A stretch of 63,940 nucleotides of DNA, counting the filler, from Octopus bimaculoides (taxonomy: Eukaryota): assembly GCF_001194135.2 (NCBI RefSeq). It is 8 parts of 7 records of this genome, joined end to end, with 100 filler letters (N's around TTAATTAATTAA, not from the genome) between each part and the next. Parts side by side here need not be neighbours in the genome. Positions count along the whole stretch, not along the records: positions 62,545 to 63,940 come from NW_026353207.1; 7 more parts are not named here. One strand, written 5' to 3'. Each line of letters starts with the position of its first letter. Position 1 is the first letter of the stretch. Below are positions 62,905 through 63,940 of the stretch, piece by piece. The notes under the pieces are model-generated. The model worked only from the letters and a program-made list of their open reading frames with translations. It made no database searches and was not told where the DNA came from. Position numbers and translations under genes: made by a program.

Positions 62905-63243
62905 ATAGATAGAGAAGTCTCATTTTTAGTGTCGGCTTGCTTGTTGATATATGCCCATCAAGTTCGGGGATGAATAAAAGCAAATGATATTATAGAAACG
63001 CAAAAAACAAAAAATCAAATATGAACGGGAAAATCATGCGTCCCAGTTGTGGGTGTTACGTTTGCATTAGTTAGGTATAGTTTAGATTGTAGTATGTGAA
63101 TGTAAGCTTAGCTGTATGCAGGTACCTAAGTAATTGTTCCGTAAATATGTTTATAAAGCGCTTCTTTATTAACAATATTGAGAAGGACTCAACATAGCTG
63201 GCATTTTCGGGATAATGTATTATAGTGAGACTTCTTTGTCAAT

Positions 63244-63288
63244 GTACCTGAAGAGACCCAAACTGATAGGTCGAAACATATGTTGTAC
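63244..63288 (+). ncRNA. Minimal type I hammerhead ribozyme motif (GUU triplet)
   Basis: GTAC-CTGAAGA-GACCCA-aactga-TAGGTC-GAA-ACATATGT-T-GTAC: stem I GTAC/GTAC, core CUGANGA, stem II, GAAA, palindromic stem III ACATATGT. Confidence 0.7.
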
Positions 63289-63339
63289 CTAATAAAAGTC
63301 TAATACGAAATCCATCTCCTACTATTAATTAATACTATA

Positions 63340-63402
<63 letters not shown>

Positions 63403-63940
63403 TCACACTCTTATGCTTATACGATTATACGAAAGAAGAATATGTATATTAGTGGTCAACTGGTGGTTGACAGTTTTGCTAAGTGACTGAAAGTATAAGA
63501 TCCTACTTATACTTCAAAGGGATCATCAGTCTGTTGAAAGGTTAATTGCAGCACATTTTCAGATGCGTGGACTGGAGCAAGATGAGATGAAGTCTTATTT
63601 AAGGATTAATCGAGATCCTTGTTCGGGATACGAACTTACTACCCTATGATTATAAATCCAAAGATCTAATCCCAAGTCTACGTGACGTCAGAGGTAAATA
63701 CATGCAGATAAGGAAACACACACATATACATACATATGTTCTCGTATGCTGATCGCGGTGCGGAGAAGCTTCAGCCTCGAGAGAGAAATTTAGTTTAGAT
63801 AAAACCATAAAATCATAGTCTTTCGTATACTTCCAGTCATCTGTTCCGCATTCGTTTGATGAAAATCAACATCTGAATACTCTGTCGTTCTCTATATATA
63901 AGTCAGTAAATAGTGGGGTTGTGTTAACCGCACGTGGAGA

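Larger units (their letters stand above)
62811..63337. mobile_element. Penelope-like inverted terminal repeats (arms of about 113 bp)
   Basis: 62811-62923 aligns with the reverse complement of 63226-63337 (roughly 85% by eye); each arm carries a hammerhead-type motif. Confidence 0.75.

Overview
Repeat-dense, gap-rich eukaryotic genomic DNA. The AT/AG/CA/TACA microsatellite load and the SINE, RTE, R4 and Penelope-like content suggest a cephalopod, probably an octopus (inference, not a database result). Seven artificial 100-bp spacers (N44-TTAATTAATTAA-N44) cut the window into eight segments whose adjacency and orientation are not guaranteed. I reconstructed two spliced genes by hand that the ORF track mostly misses. 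(1) A + strand 5-exon gene (2724-13850, 477 aa, all junctions GT-AG and in phase): an unrecognised N-terminal domain, an acidic linker and six plectin/plakin repeats in three pairs. (2) A - strand gene (exons 29938-29909, 28411-28285, 26057-25999; 3' end not found): MGCASS acylation motif followed by a 50-aa C1 domain with exact canonical spacing. The rest is transposon debris: R4/Dong-like and CRE-like REL-endonuclease LINEs, RTE, CR1, Penelope-like, Helitron, Tc1/mariner, Chapaev-like, hAT, pogo-like, a solo LTR, MITEs and four SINE families. Most notable non-coding structures: a pair of inverted minimal hammerhead-ribozyme motifs at about 62.8-63.3 kb, a composite macrosatellite (TTTCCGTTAG 10-mer arrays alternating with purine blocks) running into a CpG-rich self-complementary 60-bp satellite, and an old tandem duplication at 14.2-16.8 kb holding a perfectly conserved 45-bp block. 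No rRNA, true tRNA or CRISPR array was found.
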